From Felis catus (Eukaryota): a stretch of 64,000 bases of DNA. The notes under the pieces are model-generated. The model saw nothing but the letters and a program-made list of their open reading frames with translations, had not been told where the DNA came from and did not search any database. Positions 51,410 to 64,000 of this stretch are shown piece after piece. The stretch is taken from the NCBI RefSeq assembly GCF_018350175.1, contig NC_058368.1, forward strand, positions 197,906,001 through 197,970,000, in the 5' to 3' direction. How positions within the stretch are numbered: the first letter of the stretch is position 1; the number at the start of each line of letters is the position of its first letter. The position numbers and the translations under genes were made by a program.

Positions 51410-51600
51410 GGGGTGCCCGGATGGCTCAGTCAATTAAATGTCAGACTCTTGATTTCAGTTCAGGTCATGATTTCAATGGTCATGAGATTGAGCCCCATGT
51501 TGGGCTCTGCACTGGATATGAACCTGCTTAAGATTCTCTCTTTCCCTCTCCCATCTCCTGCTCATGAGTGAGTACCCTCTCTCTTTCTCTCTCTCAAAAA
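51410..51600 (+). mobile_element. Can-SINE
   Basis: TSD aagaatgagatgtt. Confidence 0.92.
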
Positions 51601-52174
51601 AAGAATGAGATGTTGACTTTCCCATGGGCTGTAGGTACATACCAGTCCAGTGACATCTTACACTAATACAATAATTTTTAATAGACAAGCCACCAATCAT
51701 TTGGTCGTGGTTTAAATACATTTAATTGTGCTTTATCAAACTATTTGTCATTTGAAATCTTTGATGAAGGCTACAAGGACACTTATTTTGAAATGTGCCA
51801 ATTTTCAAATAGAGCAACTCTATGAGAAGACCTTGCAAGCAGCTCTTGCAGTTTTGGTAGACAGTTGTAAGACACTGTTTATACCACCAATGGAAGTGGT
51901 GTCAAAGACTGAGAGACTGAAATTCACAGTTGCTTCCCTTCAAAAGGATAAAGACAGCTGGAACCTATGCCGGTCTGGGGGGTCAGACATCTTAATACTA
52001 CTGAGAGTTGAAACTCTAAGAGTCTTGCAGAGCTAAATTCATTGCCAGCTTTACCATTCCCTACATGACCTTGGGCCAGTTCTTTATCTCCTAATAACTT
52101 TAGTTTCTTAATGTTCATTTAATCATTCAGTAAACATTAATGAGCATTTACTCTTAGAAACTATATTACAAATT

Positions 52175-52219
52175 AAAGAGCCCAAATGTCCATCAACTGA
52201 CAAATGTATAAAGATGTGG

Positions 52220-52276
<57 letters not shown>

Positions 52277-52705
52277 GAATATTACTTGGTATTCAAAAAG
52301 AATGAAATCTTGCCATTTGCAACATAATGGATAGAACTAGAATGTAGTATGCTAAGTGAAATAAGTCAGTTAGAGAAAGAGAAATACCATATGATTTCAC
52401 TCACATGTGGAATTTAAGAAACAAAACAGATGAACATAGGGGAAGGAAAGGAAAAATAAGAAAAATAGAGAAGGAGGCAAACCATAAGAGACGCTTATAT
52501 ACAGAGAATAGAGGGTTGTGAGAGGGGTGTTGGGTGGGGGGATGGGCTAAAAGGGTGATGGGCGTTAAGAAGGGCACATGTTGAAATGAGCACTGGGTGT
52601 TATATGTAAGTGATGAATCACTAAATTCTACTCCTAAAACCATTATTACACTGTATGTTAACTAACTTGGATTTAAATAAAAATAAAAACAAAACAACAA
52701 AAAAA
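52175..52705 (+). mobile_element. Carnivore L1 3' fragment with (CA)n microsatellite at about 52223-52273
   Basis: cccaaatgtccatcaactga...gagcactgggtgttatatgtaagtgatgaatcactaaattcta and A-rich tail. Confidence 0.9.
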
Positions 52706-52775
52706 GAAATGGGTATATTTCAACTTGGGTATAGCATGAATAATGAGAAACTTTCCCACTGTCTTCATTATAGCT

Positions 52776-53222
52776 TAACAAGGACTCTCTTCTTGACTAA
52801 ACTTTAGTTAGGCTCCTCTGAGTCCTTTTCTTGACTAGGCCTTAACCTTGCTCCCCACCTCACCTCCATCTCATGCCTTTTGCCTTCCCCTTTCTGTATT
52901 AGCATAGAATCCTGCTTAGTCATTGCTCTACCCTTGATATCTGATCACTCTTGATATCTGATCAAGTTCTTTTCCCCACTTTTGATATATAAATTCTTGG
53001 CCACCCTTTAGCAAGAATCCTCCCTGTCCTTGATAACTAATGTTAGTAATTTTCCATCTACTGACTCCCTCAACTTGCTCCTTGGCTATAAATCCCCACT
53101 TATTATATTCGGAGTTGAGCACTATCTCTCTCTCTCTTATTGCAATAGGAGCATTCAAGACTATACCTTGAATGGCACCTTCCCTCCCATTTTAATAAGT
53201 GCCAAATAATTTTTCTTTAACA
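52776..53222 (+). mobile_element. MER31-like ERV1 solo LTR
   Basis: gactctcttcttgactaaactttagttaggctcctctgag start, ggctataaa TATA, ends ttctttaaca. Confidence 0.7.
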
Positions 53223-55109
53223 AGCTTACAAAATAAAGTTAATGACACCATTATCATAAGCTTGTTGTAAGTTTCAAATGAGATGTATATGTAAGTGCTT
53301 ATCCAGGGTCTGGCACAAAGTAAGCTCTTAACAGATTTTGGTATTTGATGATGATGATCAAGATAGCGAAGACAGTAACAGTGACAGTGGTCTGAAGAAA
53401 AGATCAGGAAGCACTTAGGAACTGTCTTAAAATATGCAGATGATGTATCTTTGTGGCCTTACTGGAAATAATAGATATTGGCACTGATAGCAAAAGAAAC
53501 TTTGTGATGATCAGCAATGTTTGATAATGACTGCAGGTAATGAGGATCTTATCATTTTAATCGTCTCATTGGAAGTCAAGTGAATACTTGTCAGGGACCC
53601 TGTAGAGGTAATTCCTTTATTGAATGTGAGAATGACCTCTATCCACATTTTTGAACTTGTCTTTTTTAATGGCAAAATACTTTGTTTAATGACAATAGCA
53701 ATGACAGTAATAATATTTACTGAGCACTAAGTATGTGTCAGGTAGTTTTTGCAATTGTTGTATGAATATTAACCTATTTAAAATTTAAAACTATATGAGA
53801 TAAACACTACTATTATCAAGACTTTACAAATAAAAGAAGTGAAACACAGAGAACATAAATAACTTGCCCAAGGTCACAAGAGTGCATAGTGGAACTGGAA
53901 AATATTATATGGAAGAATGATACACTAAACAGATCACAGAGGCTCTCTGTTACTTAAAGAAGGACTGTGGCAGCTTGGTTTCCTAATCCCCATCTTCCTA
54001 TAGTGGCCCTCCAGTCACTCTAATGGAGACCCTAGGGCTCCACAGGATAATTTAAAGATCCCTGGTCTAGGTGAGAAGTTCCCAAATTCCACCCTCAGGC
54101 TCCAGAAGGTGGGATAGGGGTTTAGTGAGGCAAGTACTATTTGAGGGAGAGTTTGTCTAGATCAGAGCCTGATACTTGGCTTTGGTTATAAGAGTGTGAA
54201 TGCAGAAGGGAGAAGAGAAGGGAAAGAGGATGATCTAGAAGGAACAAGTTCACATACAGTTACAGGGCCATAACGAGAGAATCTCTAGTTTAGGGAATAA
54301 GGCAGTCATCTAAATTGAAACCCAAGAAGAGACTTGAATCTCAAGATTTTAGACCCCAAATTAGAGGAGAACTAATATAGAGGTGACTCTGTGGAGGGTG
54401 TCGGAAGGCTGGGCTGGGTGGGATTATAATTGCTTAAACCTCTTCTGCTTCTGGGGAGGACTGGCCAGAGTTTAGGACCTGTTGATGTGTACACATGCAC
54501 GGGTTAAGTGGTCACCTCTGGAGGAGAAATGTTGCAGGATCTGGGAATCAGGAAAGCTTTGACACTAAGTCACCTGAGCTTTTCAGAAATGTCTTTCAAC
54601 ACAATGGTAGTACTTTCCTTCTAATAAGCAAGACTGTTTAGGCAGCACTGAGTTATAGTGGAATAGAAAAAAAGCCTAAAATGTCACTATGAAGTTGAGT
54701 TCCCCCCCCCCACCCCCCTGCCCCAAGGAATTCTGAACTATTTTCAGTATGTATTGGGGGTGGGAGAGGGGGAGAGCCTTAAGGTTTATTTGAGAATTTA
54801 CTTAAGAATTCAGCCCAGTGTAGCATATCCTTCCCATATTCTCTTGCTATTTCACGTTAGGAAGTCACTTCTGTGCCTGTACTTTGCATTCTCAGAGGAA
54901 CAGGTTTATCAGGTTACTGGTATCTGCTTTGCATAACAATTAGGAAGAACACATTTTTAAATTTTAACTCTTTGTTTTGAAATAATTGTTGCAAAACTAA
55001 AACAAGGAACTTCTTTACCTCAAGACTCCATTCAAATTTTGTCATTTGTGTCAACAATGCCTTTATAACAGACCGATCCAACCCAACCTGATTTAATATT
55101 GTTATGATG

Positions 55110-56590
55110 GCAGTGGTCTCTACCAAAGTCTTAGCTGCCCTTTTTGGAAAAATGAATAAGTCCATCCTAAAATTCGTATGGAAATACAAGTTACCTAGTA
55201 TAGCCAAAACAATCTTAAAAATGAAGAAGGCTGGAGGACGCACACTTCTCAATTTTAAAATTTACTACAAAGTTATAGTAGTCAAGACAGTGTATAACAA
55301 TTGAAGATCCAAAAATAAACTTTTTTTATTTATGGTCGGTTGATTTTTGACAAAGGCAAATTGCCAAGACAACTTACTGGAGAAAGAATAGTCTTCAAAA
55401 ATTCATGCTGGGACACTAAGGTTGGACACTTACTTCATCTTGTATAAAAAAGTATAACAGAAATTAACACAAAATGGATCAAAGACTAAATGTAAGAATG
55501 ATAACTTTTGAAGTCTTAGAAGAAAACATAGGCATGAATCTTTGTGACCTTTTAATGGGCAATGGCTTCTTAGATATGCTACTAAAAACAATAAAAAAAA
55601 GGGAAAATAAATAAGTTGATTTTATCAAAATTAAAAACTTTTGTTCTTCATTAGACAGCCCAAAGAATGAGAAAATATTTGCAAATCATAGTTCTCATAA
55701 AGGACTAGTATTCAGAATATATAAACAGAATATATACAGCTCAACAATACCAGACAAATAACCCAGTTAAAAAATGAGCAAAGGATTTTGAATAAACATT
55801 TTTCCAAAGAAGATATACAAATGGCCAATAAAGGCAGGGAAATGCAAATCAAAGCCAAAATGAGTACAATTTCACATCCATTAGAATGTCTAAAAAAAAA
55901 AAAAGACAAGATGTTTAAGATGTAAAGAAATTGGAACCCTTATACATTGCTGGTGGGAATGGCAAATGTCATAGCAGCTGTTTTGGAAAAGAGTTTGTTA
56001 GGTCCTCAAAAAGTTAAATGTAGAGTTACCCTATGGCCTAGAAATTCTACTTCTGGTATTTACCCAAGAGAATTGAAAACGAAACAAAACAAAATCTTGG
56101 ATGTGAATGTTCATGGTAGCTTTATTCATAATGGCTCAAAACTGGAAACAATCCAAGTATCCACTGATTGATAAATGTTGAATGTAGTTTAGCCATAGAA
56201 TGGAATATTATTCCGCTACAAAAAGGAATAAAGTACTGACACCTGTTACCACATGGATTAATCGTGAAAATCTTATGCTAAGTGAAGGAAGTTAGACACT
56301 ATATAATATGACTCTGTTTATGTATGATGTCCAGAGTGGTAAATTCATAGACAAGAATTAGATTCATGGTTGCCAGGGGCTGGAAAGATGGGGGAATGAG
56401 AGTGGCTGCCAGTGGGCTTGGAGTTTCTTTTTGGAGTGATGGAAGGTATTGCAATCGGATGGTGGTGATGGTTGCACAATTTTGTGAGTAGACTAGAAAC
56501 CACTGAGTTATACACTTGAAAAATGAGGTGTTTATAACTAATAGAATGCTGCATATTAATTATACTTAAATTTTAAAAATTAAAAAAAGT
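55110..56590 (+). mobile_element. Old L1 ORF2 C-terminus and 3'UTR fragment
   Basis: ORF fragment ILKFVWKYKLPSIAKTILKMKKAGGRTLLNFKIYYK is L1 ORF2-like. Confidence 0.9.
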
Positions 56591-57726
56591 AAAAACATGA
56601 ATTTTTTTATGTGGACTCTCAACAACAATGATAAAAGATGCATTCAGGATCATGAATTATCATGTTCTTTAGTCTCTTTCAATGAAGAATATTTAAAAGG
56701 CCTGTTCTTGGTTTTTGAAAGTTGTAGATGAGTTATTTTGCAGCAGGTTTCTGAATTTGAGTTTGTCTGACATTTCCTAGGGGCTATGTTCAAGTTGTGC
56801 ATTTTTGGCAGGGAAATACGGAAGTTACTCTATATTATTTGCACTGTATACTTTGAGATAGTTTACGTGATGTTGCCCCATCACTAACGATGCTAAGTTC
56901 GATCACTTGTGCAGGTTAGTGTCTTCCAGGTTTCTCCACTCTATGGTTACTCTTTTTCCTTTCAAAATTAGTAAATATTTTGTGATGAGATCCTTGAGAT
57001 TATTCGAATATCTCATTTTTCATCACAGTCTTACACTATAAAGTGAGGCCATATCCAATGGAGCAAACTATATACATAAATTCATGTAGTCTTATATGTT
57101 CACATTGTACATTTGCCTTTTCACTTTCTAGTATCAATTTCTACGGAACTGAAACGTTCCCATTTATCTCAAACCAAGAAAAAAAACAACCCAGAACGTT
57201 TGCTGATCATGGGCCTTTACTTCCAACATGCCAAACACATTTCCAAGAATGTGGTCTGTGTTTTGGGCCTGGGTAAATGATGGAGAAGGAAGGCATACAG
57301 GTCGTAATCAACCCTTTCATTTCTGTAGGACTTTTCAGTTTACAAAGCGTGTTTGCATGCGTATGTCATCTGACTGTCACAATATACAGGTTAAATTAGG
57401 GATTATTATTCTCTTGATTTTGTCAGTAAGGAAAGTGCTATCACACACATGAATGACCAACCCACAGCCACACACACCAGTGAAAGTTCAGGTTCGCATA
57501 AACACATAAGTCTCCTGTCCCAAGTTTTGTTGTGTTCTCCTGAGCTGTTTGGTGAAGTTGTATAATGAAGACAGAGAGGATGAGAACGCCAAAGACCTCA
57601 GTGATGCAAATGCTGATGAGTACACAGAGAAGCAAGTAAAACTGAATAAAATCATTTTCTCTTCCAGGTCTAAACTTGGAGAGGTAGAAATTTAAAAATA
57701 AACCTCCTTTACATTTGCATTTATGG

Positions 57727-57760
57727 TTATCAGCTTCCCTGTGGCAAAGATTTACTTTCC
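57727..57760 (-). pseudogene. Decayed Kazal exon 4: ESKSLPQGS** (CysVI codon is TGA; about 4 codons short)
   Basis: Strong acceptor tttccctttttccctgccAG, phase 2. G GAA AGT ... GGA AGC TGA TAA parallels SPINK7 G AAA AGT ... GGA GCA TGC TAA. Confidence 0.6.
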
Positions 57761-58049
57761 CTGGCAGGGAAAAAGGGAAAGAAAGGAAATTAATTACATA
57801 TGTGATAGTAAGATATATATATATTTAGTCCATTGACGTTAACTAGCTTACGATGAAAACCAAAGTCTTCATTGCCAATATCACACTTCAGTGGGAGATA
57901 ATTTTAACCATTTCTATTCTAAGGTTGCTACCATAATAATTCTCAATAGTATACTTGTAACCCTGTTTCTTGATTTATTAACTAAAAAGAGTTACTTATT
58001 GACCCCCATCTATGAAGGAAAAATTGTTAATTTACATTACCTTCCCATC

Positions 58050-58125
58050 TTTAGTTCTTCCCAATTTTTGATGACTATGTCATGACTTTTAGCTCTTCCC
58101 AATTTTTGATGAGTATATCACGACT
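58050..58125. repeat. 38-bp tandem duplication (2 copies)
   Basis: tttagYtcttcccaatttttgatgaStatRtcaYgac occurs twice. Confidence 0.85.
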
Positions 58126-59164
58126 TTTCAGTCTTCATATTACCTTTATAACTTTAAGTAATATATTTTAGTCACTTTCTATTATTCTCATCCTTAGATA
58201 GCATCTTAGATAGCATCTCATAATTCTGCAAGAAAATTACTTGCCTCCACACACTTCCCCCAGCCAACTTTTTTCTCTAAAGATTTGTCACCTCTATGTT
58301 AATTTTTACATTTCATACATTAAAAATATATTTATTCCGTTCTGTATACTGTAATTCATTCTACTACCGGTTAACCATAGATTGATTCTAAAATTTGAAG
58401 AGCAATAACTGTTTTTAAACATCATTTATAAATATTAAAAGGATTTTACAGACGTATCAATTGTAGGCCAAACCTAGACTTCAAATTAAGAAAGATCAGA
58501 AACCTCCTTTTAGGAGGTAAGTTTTGGTGAATGTTGGCAGAAAAGGGGGCAGTGTCATCAATGGTTAGCATCTGCTTTGGATGCAGTATAGACTGAAGAA
58601 CTAATGCGGCTCAGGTCTGCAATAAAGTGAGATGTTTCCTAACTTTCTTTATGCAGTGTGGTGTGTAGAACAGATGCTAGTTAGACCCTGAGCAAGCAGA
58701 ACCATCCACCATTCCCAGTTTTGCAATTCTGCCCATCATTTTACTTTGGGGGCTTCTTTTATATCACCTGAAAAGTTTGGCTGATAACGTTTACCTTGTG
58801 ATGTTATGTGGGGATTAAACGAGACAGAAAATATGAAAGTATTTTGTGAACTCTAAGTGCTTTATAGATGTTATTATACATTGGGTCATTTCATGGTAGA
58901 AGGAATTTGATTCTCAAGAGTATTGAGGTATAATGGATGAAATTCTGGAAACACTATTCGGGCCCTGGATTAGGTGCAGCAAATCTGGGTTCTTGTCCTC
59001 GTCTTCCATGTGAATAATGAGACATTCCCAATTTTGGGAATTCAGAGTTTCCATCCATAAAATGAGGCGGTTGACTGGCTCTCTTTCATCCTTGATGATC
59101 AGGAATTCTCGTGTAGGTGTGTATTTGCCCACGTTTTGTATCATGGTTTTGTTGATATGTTTCC

Positions 59165-59286
59165 CTGACCTTCACGCACAGTTGGCAGGGATTGTCATAG
59201 GTTTTTCTATCTGTACCATACACCAGGGTGAAGACGAGCTCACGGGGTAGGGGTATGCCCATGCCTTGGTCTTTGTCACAATCCAG
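59165..59286 (-). pseudogene. Decayed Kazal exon 3: LDCDKDQGMGIPLPRELVFTLVYGTDRKTYDNPCQLCVKV(R)
   Basis: 122 nt, phase 0 to 2 like other SPINK exon 3s. GTDxKTYxNxCxxC is retained. CysII is CGT (Arg), the conserved Pro is CTG, CysIII is TAT (Tyr), and the expected donor reads GG instead of GT. Confidence 0.85.
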
Positions 59287-60727
59287 CTTCAAGGAGAAGG
59301 GAGCTTTTGTGTACTCAGAAATGAGCTTCTGAGGATTCAGGTCCGCCGAGAAGTTGTGAGTGAGATCGGAGGAAGAATGGGAAGGACTGAGGTAGCCAAA
59401 AACTTGATAGCAGCAGAGGAGAAAGGGGTGAGGCAAATGGAGAAATACAGAAATCAAGGCTCCTGAGAAGGTAGAAGCAACTGAAGATGCGTAAGAAAGA
59501 TTGGTGAGGAACACCAGGAAAATGCAGGTGTTTGCTTAAGACAGAGCAAACAGTGTTAGATGCAGGGATAAATCAAAACTGGGAGAAGGAAAAACAAGAG
59601 AAGCTGAGGATATGAGAAGGTGGGAGGAACTGGCATGATGAGAAGAGCAGCACAGACTGGGAGACTGGGGGGGGGTGTGCCACTCAGGTGAGGGGATGCC
59701 CTACACACACCAGCAGGTGTGAGCAGTTCAGGAGAGGATCACACCGGTGTGGGAGGGAGCTCAGCACCGGGAGGTGAGAGCTGCTGAAGGTGGCAAGCAA
59801 CTCAAGAGAGCTAAGCCAGCAAGCCCATCTGACCACCTGTTCTAGGCCCTTCACTGTCCAGATCACGACTTCTCCCTATCTGCTACTTTTACTTCAGCAG
59901 CTCTGTTTTTTTTCTGAGATACTTCCCTATCCTTGCTCTTCTTCACGGTCTCCATAGTTGACTTGACCATGATCTGGCTTGGCTTTAACTTTGAACTTGA
60001 CGTTGAACTTGACTCTGGTTCAGACCCATATTTTATCCCAATCATCTCGACCATGTTACGTGTGTCATGATCGTGGGGACAGAGTCTGTACTTAATGTGA
60101 TTATATAGCAATTTAGAGGTAGCGGGAGTCAACTGCTTATAAGCCTTTTTTATACCACTTTTATGCAGTCACCATAACTATGAATTCCCTCTCTACTTGA
60201 GTTTGTAAGGAGATAAGGTTTCCAAAGGCCTCCTTTTATCTTTAGGGCAGCCTATAGGTGGTGGGCAGGACTATCCTCTTTCAATCTCTGGGCCAAGAAT
60301 AGTTCTGGAGCAAGTGAGGGAAGAAGTGAACATGGGGAGGAGAAAATGAGCCATGAAAGTACACCAAGGCCCAAACTAGGTCACTAATGTTTTGTGAGCT
60401 ATGCGTAGCACTGAGACTTCCTCAAAGCCTCTGTGGAAAGAACTCCAGCTTCACCACTTGGAGGGAATTATATATCTCTGTATTTAAAGGAAACATGCAC
60501 AACTTGCCAATACTGTCAATGTTGTCTTCGTACACAGCGGTATCTACATATTACAGGTATGGAAGACAGGTGTTAGAGAGGAGCTCAAGCCATGTTGTAG
60601 TCAGTGCCAGGGATGTTCTATTAAGGCGACAGAAGGAGGTTAGCAAGGTGAGAGACAGGAAAAGAGAAATTATTGAATGCTCACGGAAAGAAATGGGCAG
60701 GAAAGTCTTCCCTCCGGGGATGACATC

Positions 60728-60918
60728 TTTTTTTTTTTAAATATTTATTTATTTATTTTGAGAGAGAGAGTGAGGAGAGGCAGAGAAAGAGGGTAAGAGA
60801 GAATCCCAAGCAGGCTCTGCGCTGACAGCATGGGGCTCCATCTCATGAACCGTGAGATCATGACCTGAACTGAAATCAAGAGTCAGACACTTAAGAGACT
60901 GAGCCACCCAGGCACCCC
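60728..60918 (-). mobile_element. Can-SINE downstream of SPINK7
   Basis: T tail, GA tract, head gagccacccaggcacccc; flanking gggatgac repeat. Confidence 0.9.
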
Positions 60919-61168
60919 ATCAGGGATGACTTGTTACAACGAAGGAGTCTTCCTTCTGAGGCACTTTGGAAAAGAGACTAATATAAAGGACCAGTATGGT
61001 CCACAGACTAGTTCCCAGTGACAGGTACTGATTAAGGAAAGTAAAGACTCCAGGAGAGGGTAAGATGTGTGTGGGTGGGTGTGCGTGCGTGTGCGTGGGT
61101 CTTTTGGAAGTCACTTGGAATTCTTCATACGGGATTTTCTCCTAAAGGAGATTTATGTGTTCTTCAGT

Positions 61169-61174
61169 TTTATT
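61169..61174 (-). terminator. SPINK7: Candidate SPINK7 polyadenylation signal AATAAA
   Basis: AATAAA about 285 nt after the stop codon. Confidence 0.6.
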
Positions 61175-61458
61175 TTTAAACTGATATGCGACATCCCAAT
61201 CTAAGAAACAAATACAAGCAGAAGTAAAGGTAAACTATGTAAGGAGATTCTTTTACTGAGGTACAAAAGGAGGCCCGGAAATCAGTGAGGCATGAGGAGG
61301 ACCGCAACAATTTTCTCTGCCCAACAAAGATGCGTCACATTCCGTCTCTGCCCTTACCCAGAGCCCTGGCTGAGATGAGGGAGAGGGCAGTCAGAGCCCA
61401 GGGAAGATGAAGGTGATGGTGAAGACGTCATCGCTCTGTATCCATGTCTGCGGGGAAG

Positions 61459-61504
61459 TTAGCATGCTCCTTCATGAAGAAACTGAACTTTTCCGTTACT
61501 TTTC
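61459..61504 (-). CDS. SPINK7: SPINK7 exon 4 coding part: KSNGKVQFLHEGAC*
   Basis: ttttctcatAG acceptor, phase 2, sixth Cys followed by TAA. Human is remembered as KSNGRVQFLHDGSC. Confidence 0.95.
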
Positions 61505-62860
61505 CTATGAGAAAACACACAAGATTCATTAAGCAAGAGGACATGTTATATAATGTTAGAGTCAAAAGGAACTATAGAAATTATGAGGCAGAACTTAATG
61601 TTACAGATGGGGAAACTGAATCCCTGAAAAGGAATGTCCCTGCCACAGGCAGTTTCTGACAGAAGCCAAGTTTCCCTAGTCCAGTGATACATCCAGCCTA
61701 CCCGCGGCCCCCACTGACCCCAGAGCCTGGGGTTACCCTGCATCTTACAAAGAAGGAGGGCTTCTGACAAGGGGAGTTGAGGTGGCCTGCCCCTCAGCTT
61801 TTCTTGCTCAGCAAGGCCTGTGATGAAGCTGGATCCTGCAGTGGTAAGAACTGCCACCACATGTCCCCTTCAGTGTCCTTGAACACAAGCTGGTTGCTAG
61901 GCCAAAGGCCCAATATGTGTGCATCTTCTCTTTTCTGAAGACTCCCTCTTCCTGAGTAGAAATAAAGATGCAGACATACCTTTGTGGGCTAGAGGCCTCA
62001 CGTGCTATTCCCACTTGTGAGATAATCACGGAGATGAAAAATATTAAGATTGAAGATGGATGGCCAAAATCCAGTGGCCTAAAAAGACTTAACAATGAGC
62101 AGAGCGGACTTTGTGTAAGGGAATAAATGCTTAGGTGCCTGTTTTGCATTAAAGAAGTGGCAACTACCTAGTTATATTGCCTTCACAAATACCATGCAGG
62201 CTAAACGAAATACCTAAACAAAACATGCCCGTGGGACCCAGGTGGAAGCACCGAGAGCTGCATTCCCCTCTTTTAGATAAAAGAAAAAAAAATTGCCCTA
62301 GCCTTATTCCCCTTCTCCCCCTTGAGGCTACAGATAGAGCTGCTAGGAATTTGAGGAGCAGAAAGGCTTTCCAGCCAGTTTGTCTAAGAATCAAGCAGTA
62401 TGGCCATAAGTCTCTTAGAAGTCATGTGGGATAGTGGGTTTCAATGATTTCTTAGTGTGGGGTTTAAGATCCTTCTCTCTAACAAAATTCTGTGTGGAAC
62501 CCCATTGCCGAAAACAGCCAAAAGCTGAACTTGGGATTGGAGATCACCCCCAAATGATCCCCTTAGCTCCTCTGGTGACTCTGGTGCCTCTGTAGAACCT
62601 CTAGGCTCCTGGTCTTATTGGACTCCCTCAACTGAGACAGGAATTGGCAGTTGGGGGATGGATGGAACGAGTTCAAGCTGGCAGAGCAGGGGGCCAAGCC
62701 TAGCCTGACCACAAGACAGCCAGTTTTCTCTCTCTCCCAGATGCTTCTGGGTGAGAATAAGCACAGCTTATGGAGAGTGAAATAGGCTCATAGAAAGAGG
62801 AGAAGTTTGCTGTGGAGGACACTGGCCGCAACTTCTTTTTTCTTCCCTTGAGGTACTCAC

Positions 62861-62985
62861 AAATTCTCAATGCATAGGTGGCATTCATTCCCATAGGTGA
62901 TGTAATCAGAACCACAGACAGGCAGGTACGTGATGGGGCAGGGGATGGCCACCACTGGGTACTTCTTGTAAATGCTGCAGTCCCC
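62861..62985 (-). CDS. SPINK7: SPINK7 exon 3 (125 nt, Kazal core): [41 protein letters not shown](L)
   Basis: caacacAG acceptor and GTGAGT donor. Near-identical to remembered human SPINK7/ECRG2 [37 protein letters not shown]. Confidence 0.97.
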
Positions 62986-63689
62986 CTGTGTTGGACACAA
63001 GAGAATGTCCTGCTGTTTTCGGGCCCCCAAGCTAGGCTACGCTGGCCTCTGTTGGGCAGGAGGCAGAATACCATCCTGGGAATCCCAGATCAGATATTCT
63101 GATGCTCCTATGGCTACTTCTATTAGTAATAATATTACCACCATGACAAATACTCGTACTGCTATCACCACTTCTGTGACTGCTAGGATAGTCTGCTATT
63201 ATTAATTCCTGAGAATTTCCATGCTAGGCATTAACCTTGAATTGTACATGAGTTTTTTTTTGTTTGTTTGTTTACTGAATAAGGTAGGCTGTTTATAGAT
63301 GGGGGGAAATTATGGCTTAAAAACAAAGAACTTGTATAACATAAACGCAGTTAATAATGGGTTTGGGATTTGAATCTAGAGCCCACCCAATTGACCAAGG
63401 TAACTGCCCTGCCTCTCACATGTTGCCCTTTCCATGAAGACTTTACCAGTCTCTCAGCTGGAAGTCATCTCTCTCTCCCTTAACTTGGGATTTTTTTTTT
63501 AGGCTACAGTTATTTATATGTATATCCCATTGCTTCAACTGCCTTCTGGAGAGCAGAGTTTTTAATCTGTGTCTGCCTCCCCCTTCTGCCCCCCAAACAC
63601 GCTTAATTAATTCTACATATATATTGCAAAAATGTTTGTTGACTAAATGTCAATGGAAATTGAAATTAAACGTAATTCAATATACTCAC

Positions 63690-63715
63690 TTTTGTTAAAG
63701 ATAGGCTAGCAGCTT
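63690..63715 (-). CDS. SPINK7: SPINK7 exon 2 (26 nt, phase 1 to 0): (E)AASLSLTK
   Basis: ctctctttcAG|AAGCTGCTAGCCTATCTTTAACAAAA|GTGAGT; resembles remembered human EAASLSPKK. Confidence 0.92.
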
Positions 63716-64000
63716 CTGAAAGAGAGTTAGAGATGGAAACGTTAAAAATAAAGCAAAGTCTTGAAGTCTCATTGATTAATGTAAAATCGGGCCTATAGAT
63801 TAAGACTCTGTATTTGCTATGGCAAGAAATCTCAGCTCACGCTTTGTTCTTATATAAAACTCCAGCTGTTTGCTGAAGAAGCCAAATGGCCAATAAGGTA
63901 AGCCCTTTATTCAGTCAAGAGAATTAGCCAGTTTCTTCCCTTTATTGACCACGAGATATTTTCTGGAGCTCATGATGATGGTTCAGATCATCATGAGTCA

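Noticed and set aside
57100..57150. GKCTM* on the minus strand resembling a Kazal exon 4
   Set aside because: In-frame stop two codons before the Gly and wrong length; 57727-57760 fits the pseudogene better.
59863..60132. 89-aa Ser/Lys-rich ORF downstream of a TATA-like element
   Set aside because: Non-ATG start, no recognisable domain or signal peptide.
62700..63074. 124-aa minus-strand ORF in the track
   Set aside because: Off-frame overlap with SPINK7 exon 3; the real peptide is in another frame.

Overview
Mammalian genomic DNA, almost certainly a cat-family carnivore (many felid-type Can-SINEs and a carnivore L1). It covers the distal end of the SPINK (Kazal-type serine protease inhibitor) cluster next to FBXO38. 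All genes are on the minus strand. In transcription order they are: SPINK7 exons 2-4 (63.7-61.5 kb; exon 1 lies outside the window); a decayed Kazal pseudogene (59.3-57.7 kb); a complete 4-exon SPINK9 orthologue (50.5-46.0 kb, 85 aa, P1 = Glu); a decayed SPINK9-like exon 1/promoter relic (37.7 kb); an apparently intact extra 4-exon Kazal gene (30.8-22.0 kb, 92 aa, secreted, strongly cationic) that I cannot match to a named SPINK; a near full-length but inactivated L1 (21.5-14.7 kb); and the CpG-island promoter and non-coding exon 1 of FBXO38 (about 5.1 kb, assigned by synteny). The supplied ORF track recovers none of the spliced SPINK proteins. I assembled them by hand from splice sites and exon phases. 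Gene names rest on remembered human protein sequences and gene order, not on a database search.
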